In this document: piece by piece, positions 59,601 to 64,000 of the stretch
Layout: each line of letters starts with the position of its first letter
Position numbering within the stretch: position 1 is the stretch's first letter
Assembly (NCBI GenBank): GCA_965112155.1
Contig: OZ218105.1
Direction: 5' to 3' (one strand)
DNA: 64,000 bases
Origin: Podarcis liolepis
Taxonomy: Eukaryota
Made by a program: the position numbers and the translations under genes
The notes under the pieces: generated by a model
What the model saw: only the letters and a program-made list of their open reading frames with translations
Databases searched by the model: none
Told to the model about the DNA's origin: nothing

Positions 59601-61341
59601 TGGATCCACATGGATCCTCAGGATCTTTGCATTGGGCCACCCCAAATTCACCATCAGATCACATAGCAGCCTGCCCCCCAAAAATCACACACCCACTGTT
59701 GCCTGGGGCTGCAATGGTGCAAAAATGTGGTTAAAAAGCATGGATCCACATGGATCCTCAGGATCTTTGCATTGGGCCACCCCAAATTCACCATCAGATC
59801 ACATAGCAGCCTGCCCCCCAAAAATCACACACCCACTGTTGCCTGGGGCTGCAATGGTGCAAAAATGTGGTTAAAAAGCATGGATCCACATGGATCCTCA
59901 GGATCTTTGCATTGGGCCACCCCAAATTCACCATCAGATCACATAGCAGCCTGCCCCCCCAAAATCACACACCCACTGTTGCCTGGGGCTGCAATGGTGC
60001 AAAAATGTGGTTAAAAAGCATGGATCCACATGGATCCTCAGGATCTTTGCATTGAGCTACCCCAAATTCACCATCAGATCACATGTCTGTGGCCACAGCA
60101 TGAAGCACAAAAATGATACATCCACTGTTTCATTCAGAATTTTTTTTCTTGTTTTCCTCCTCTAAAAACGATGTGCGTGTTATGGTCAGGTGCGTGTTAT
60201 AGAGCGAAAAATACGGTACTTAGGTTTTGTTCACTAAATTTTAGAACTGGGTTGTTAATCTTAAAAGGAAATGTGGAAAACCTCACATTTTGTCAAGACT
60301 GATTCATCACTTGTTTTATTTGGGGGAGGGAATACAGCACTATAACCCAACTGTAAGCTATTACTGAATACAGACAAGAGCAAAAAGAAGGTTGAACTCT
60401 GATAGACTTGTGACAGTCTATGACAGAAACTGTTATTCTACAAGAAATGCTATGTGCTGTTATTCAGCCTGAGCTTCCAGAATTTGGAAGGGCCATAAAG
60501 TTCCCTGGGACTAGAACAATCAGACAAAACCATGCCAGCACTCCCAAAGACACCAAACATGGACAGGCAAATATTGCAGTGCCTCCTCTTCACTCAGGAG
60601 TTTAAAGAATGTGCAGTGCTGGGCACAGGAATCACACACAATTTATTGAAAGATCATGCACAGCCCAAAGTCTCTCTTGTCTCCACTCTAGTTCCTGAGC
60701 CACCAACCTTCAAGGGATGCAGGGCCACCAGCTTTGCTGAGAAGCCAGACACCTCCATATGATCATCATCTGACAGTGGCCATTCCACAAGGCAGAAGGG
60801 AAGAGAAGGGATATAGACCAGTTCATTGGCAGAACTGAGAGACCAATAACTTTGGCTCTGCCTCTTCTTGAACTTCTTCTACCTCCCCCCAATGATTATT
60901 AGAGTAACTTGTAACAAACCTAAGTTTGCTTATTTCCTTCTCCCTTAGTCCTTTTCCTTTTTGTGTCATGTCTTTTTAGATTTTAACCCTGGGGGCAGGA
61001 ACCTGCTTGTATTGATCTGTAATTGCTCTGCAAACCTTTTCTGGCTTAAGGTAAGATTTAAAATTAATCAAAAAACAAATATATAATACCTTGAACAAAA
61101 AATTCTGACAAAATAGAAATTAATCAACAAAAATGTAAATCCTGAAAAGAGGTTCAGACTAACCAGCACCTTACCTCTGAATCTGAGCTATCCAGTTCAG
61201 CCAAAGTGGGAGCTTTCAAAAGTCTCTTCCGTTGTACTGTCAACTTAGTAGCACCAATGCCATTCACCTTTGCTTCTGATGAAAAGCTGCCATTCTGACA
61301 GCTTTCTGAAAGATTTTTGGAGGCCTCTGGTGTTGATACAT
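41373..61341 (-). CDS. SPIRE1: Protein spire homolog 1, span of the last nine coding exons (Spir-box, ExonC, modified FYVE, C-terminus); 5' part lies right of window
   Basis: Exons join in frame; Cys-rich modified FYVE zinc finger; C-terminus [11 protein letters not shown]. Confidence 0.97.
43053..43189 (-). CDS. SPIRE1: SPIRE1 penultimate exon (137 nt, [25 protein letters not shown]...)
   Basis: taacag| acceptor, AG|gtaagt donor. Confidence 0.95.
43623..43650 (-). CDS. SPIRE1: SPIRE1 micro-exon (28 nt, PVCSQCCKK)
   Basis: tttgtag| acceptor, AAG|gtaagt donor; supplies FYVE cysteines and restores phase. Confidence 0.94.
44670..44740 (-). CDS. SPIRE1: SPIRE1 exon (71 nt, [28 protein letters not shown]-type)
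   Basis: tttatag| acceptor, AG|gtaagc donor. Confidence 0.96.
45449..45811 (+). mobile_element. Sauria SINE with 12-bp TSD
   Basis: Same architecture as 1465-1818, (ACCTTT)2 tail; direct repeat TAACTGTACTGT at 45437-45448 and 45812-45823. Confidence 0.92.
46118..46255 (-). CDS. SPIRE1: SPIRE1 exon (138 nt, Spir-box, [32 protein letters not shown]...KKGK)
   Basis: tttcag| acceptor, AAG|gtaagg donor. Confidence 0.97.
52340..52513 (-). CDS. SPIRE1: SPIRE1 alternative mitochondrial-targeting exon (ExonC/exon 13), 174 nt, 58 aa
   Basis: ctgttgttcag|[58 protein letters not shown]|gtttgc; symmetric phase 0; same length and position as the mammalian Spire1C exon. Confidence 0.92.
55602..55744 (-). 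CDS. SPIRE1: SPIRE1 exon (143 nt, [48 protein letters not shown])
   Basis: tttatag| acceptor, CTT|gtaagt donor; within ORF 55533..55766. Confidence 0.96.
57107..57197 (-). CDS. SPIRE1: SPIRE1 exon (91 nt, [30 protein letters not shown])
   Basis: ttctag| acceptor, AAGG|gtaaga donor; phases fit both neighbouring exons. Confidence 0.9.
58785..60216. mobile_element. Non-autonomous Tc1/mariner-superfamily DNA transposon (1432 bp) with an internal tandem array
   Basis: 26-bp TIRs CCGTATTTTTCTCTCTATTACACGCA / TGCGTGTTATAGAGCGAAAAATACGG with two mismatches; TA on both sides; no transposase ORF. Confidence 0.88.
59302..60084. repeat. 140-bp tandem repeat, about 5.6 copies
   Basis: GCATGGATCCACATGGATCC recurs at 59318, 59458, 59598, 59738, 59878 and 60018. 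Confidence 0.97.
61175..61341 (-). CDS. SPIRE1: SPIRE1 exon (167 nt, [10 protein letters not shown]...[19 protein letters not shown])
   Basis: poly-C acceptor cccag|, GAG|gtaagg donor; conserved [16 protein letters not shown] motif. Confidence 0.95.
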
Positions 61342-61755
61342 CTGGGGGGGGGGGGAGAAAAATTATTGTGGTGGCACAGTAGAAAAGTATACTCCACTTA
61401 TACTTGTTTCTCACAGCGCAATTAATACTGAAGTTTCACAACTGTGAAATTTATCTCTTTTTTCTATAAAGTTACAGACACTGGAGTGCAATGTGGATGT
61501 GATGCGACAGAAAAGCATTAGTGGATCTGAGGAGGACGGGAAGCATGTGACTTTCAAAAATGTACTTTCAAAAACCTGATCTCATTCAAATTATAAACTT
61601 ATTTGTGTTTCTAGCAGATAACCCTCTGCTCAAAGTTCAATAAAACCAATAAAATGTTAAAACTTGGGGAGCACTTTTGCCCATATGAACCCTCCTGTAC
61701 CTCTACTAGACTACAAAGCAGTTCCCCACCCCCAGCTGTGCTGAAAGGTACCTAT

Positions 61756-61883
61756 GTCAGTAGAGCCCGAGACTCTTAATTCCAGGGTTGTGGGTTCCAG
61801 CCCAATGTTGGGCAAAAGATTCCTGTGCAGGGGGTTGGAGTATATGACCCTCATGGTCCTGTCCAATTCTATGATTCTACGAC
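61756..61883 (+). mobile_element. tRNA(Lys)-derived SINE with CR1-type (ATTCTATG) tail
   Basis: GTAGAGC-GAGACTCTTAAT-CAGGGTTGTGGGTTC head; GGGGTTGGA...ATTCTATGATTCTA 3' end. Confidence 0.7.
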
Positions 61884-61920
61884 CTATTTTTCACTCTCTG
61901 CCCAAATGCATATTCTGAAT

Positions 61921-61941
61921 CACACACACACACACACACAC
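61921..61941. repeat. (CA)10 microsatellite
   Basis: Read directly. Confidence 0.9.
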
Positions 61942-62631
61942 GGTCCCTTCATGGGGTGAAGCAAGTGCCTACTGTCAGCTCCACATGGCCGGAGGGCAAC
62001 AAGGAAGCACACAAGATTGGCTACTAGGTGGGGAAACCACCCCTGATACTTTTGCCCCCTGCCCAAGCATCCTTTAAAATCAAAAGACTTCCAGCTCCAG
62101 CAACTGCTCTGCAATTACAAACTAAAAAACTGACGGTCTTCAACCTGGTGCACATGGGCACCAAGGAAGGCTTGGGAGGGAGTCAGGTTCATGATTTCTG
62201 TTTACAGAATATCCCAGGTCCTGATTGGATGGGTGTTGTAATCTATTCCAATTGTAATCTATTCCAATAATCTATTCCAATTATATAAATCTGTGCTTCT
62301 ATTTTTACAGGCAAATCTACTTTGATTTTGTGAAACTGTGGATAAACAAATCATTCATCCAATATTGCTAAAAAATAGTTTTAGCATATCAGCAGCCAGC
62401 TACTTACACCTTGCAGAACCCAAAGGAAATTTACAAGGAAACATACACACAAACAGAAAATATAACAAAAAGAATAGAATAAAGCGCAAGGATAGCTTGA
62501 AATGCATTTTACCAGACTATTTTTTGGTCACACTTGTAAGTATTTTGCAACTGATATGTAGTTGGGAAAAAACATTTGTTTTTACCTTTAAATAATTCTA
62601 TTACCACTTAAGATATATATTTTAAAAAACC

Positions 62632-63135
62632 AGGAGTCTTGTGGCACCTAACACATTTTTGTGGACAACAGCCAACAAATGTACGAAGGGAACTAAGGGA
62701 GGAGGATTCTAAACAGTGAAGTGCAAGGAAAATGATATGCAGGTGAGTGCAGACTGTGATAGTTATGCTATTTCCACCATCCTTTGCTTTCCTTTGACTT
62801 CACTCTTTACAATCCTCTTCCCTGCCAAATGTGTGTATGTATGTGTGTGCATGCATATGTGTGTGTGTGTATAGATAAACATACAGACACAACTGCAGGT
62901 AACATTTGATGAAGAGGACTAGTCTATGGAAGTTTATGGGGGATTCCTATGGGTTTGTTTTGTTCTTGTTCTTATTATGTGTTTTGTGTTTTTATTTTGT
63001 ATTTTAATGCTGTGAACTGCCCACAGAGCTTCCAACAAAGAGCATCAAACAAACAAACATCAAAATGAATTTGTTAGGTATTTAAGGTGCCACAAAACAC
63101 TCTATTGTTTTTGCTGCAATAGACACTGGTGTCCC
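62632..63135. mobile_element. Old degenerate Penelope-like remnant with inverted termini
   Basis: GAGTCTTGTGGCACCT at left, TAAGGTGCCACAAAAC at right, decayed core TGATGAAGAGGACTAGTCTATGGAAGTTTATG near 62907. Confidence 0.5.
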
Positions 63136-64000
63136 CCTATCATATGATATATATCCCTACCGTTTCCCAGCTTTTAGTTATCTCAAGAGAATCAAGGCCA
63201 CAATGTCTTCAGACCAGTAAAAAAATAGAATAAAATATTGGAAGCAACTGCTTATAACCAGTATTCAGACAGAAACTAATTCTAACAGACGGTAAAGGGC
63301 AACTAACTTAAATTTACAGCAAAAAATACAGCTACCTATTAGATCTCTCACACACCACAAAATTACTGTAAATACAGGGCTTTTAAAGGCTGTTTTTTGT
63401 CAGTATAAACTCTGAAATGATAATTAATTAATTCAATACAGATTAATTTAGTCAGACAAATGGGAAGCAATAGCAGTTACTTCCGCTGTTAGCAATTCCA
63501 AGACAAACAGTAGCCTGGCTGCAGAATATACATTTCTCATCTTGCCAAGATGGAAAAATAGCTATCAAATATCACAGGCTGCAATCCTTTCTGGAAAACG
63601 GCTGAGTTGGATCTTTTTATAGTGCAATCCTATACATGTCTACTCAAAAGTAAGTCCATTTGTTTTCACTGGGGCTTATTTCTAGATAGGTATGCATAAG
63701 AGCCTTAATGCTATGACATTTTGGTATCAGTTTCTACTACTAAGGTGTAAAACAAGATAATACAAAACCAAAATGGAATTCACCTTTTCTTTCTAGGTAC
63801 AGATTACTGTGCTTATCAAATGAATCAAATAGAACATAAATTATATATGAACATGAGCAATCATGTACCCATATGCTGTTTGTGTTCAAGAGCAGCTTTC
63901 ATTGGAAAAGACAATTAGAACAGATGCTTAGGATTTTTAATATGCTGTTTGCCTAGATATGGGTACAATCTGGAGATGACAGAAAAATAAAAATAAGTCT

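Noticed and set aside
59352-60055. Set of repeated 62-95 aa ORFs and a CRISPR-like periodic look
   Set aside because: Produced by the 140-bp tandem repeat (period not divisible by 3); the units have no unique spacers and the DNA is eukaryotic.
61756-61820. tRNA-Lys-like sequence
   Set aside because: Degenerate stems and a CR1-type tail show it is a SINE head, not a tRNA gene.
61342-64000. Search for the next upstream SPIRE1 exons (short alternative exon, WH2 exons)
   Set aside because: No recognisable exon found by eye; they probably lie beyond the right edge.

Overview
Eukaryotic, vertebrate DNA. The repeat complement (Sauria SINEs, Squam3-type and tRNA/CR1-tail SINEs, BovB/RTE, Penelope termini) indicates a squamate, most likely a lacertid lizard. 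The window holds the syntenic block AFG3L2(-)/PRELID3A(+)/SPIRE1(-). AFG3L2 coding exons 1-12 run from 14327 down to 18 and the gene continues off the left edge. PRELID3A (SLMO1) is complete, starting at 16052 head-to-head with AFG3L2 (ATGs about 1.7 kb apart). The last nine coding exons of SPIRE1 run from 61341 down to the stop at 41373. All exons were placed by hand from GT-AG sites and phase continuity; most short ORFs in the supplied track are spurious. Main points of interest: (1) PRELID3A has two paralogous, intact, phase-0 terminal exons, the usual GWDAIEW... end and a PRELID3B/SLMO2-like GREALEWVI...MAAA end 5.3 kb downstream. (2) A perfect 183-bp palindrome of Penelope-like termini in PRELID3A intron 1 carries a minimal hammerhead-ribozyme motif on each strand. 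(3) An intact 58-codon mitochondrial-targeting exon of SPIRE1 (ExonC/exon 13) is present in a reptile. (4) An RTE LINE has a 5' inversion, and a 140-bp tandem array sits inside a TA-flanked TIR transposon. Comparisons to human proteins are from memory and need confirming by alignment.
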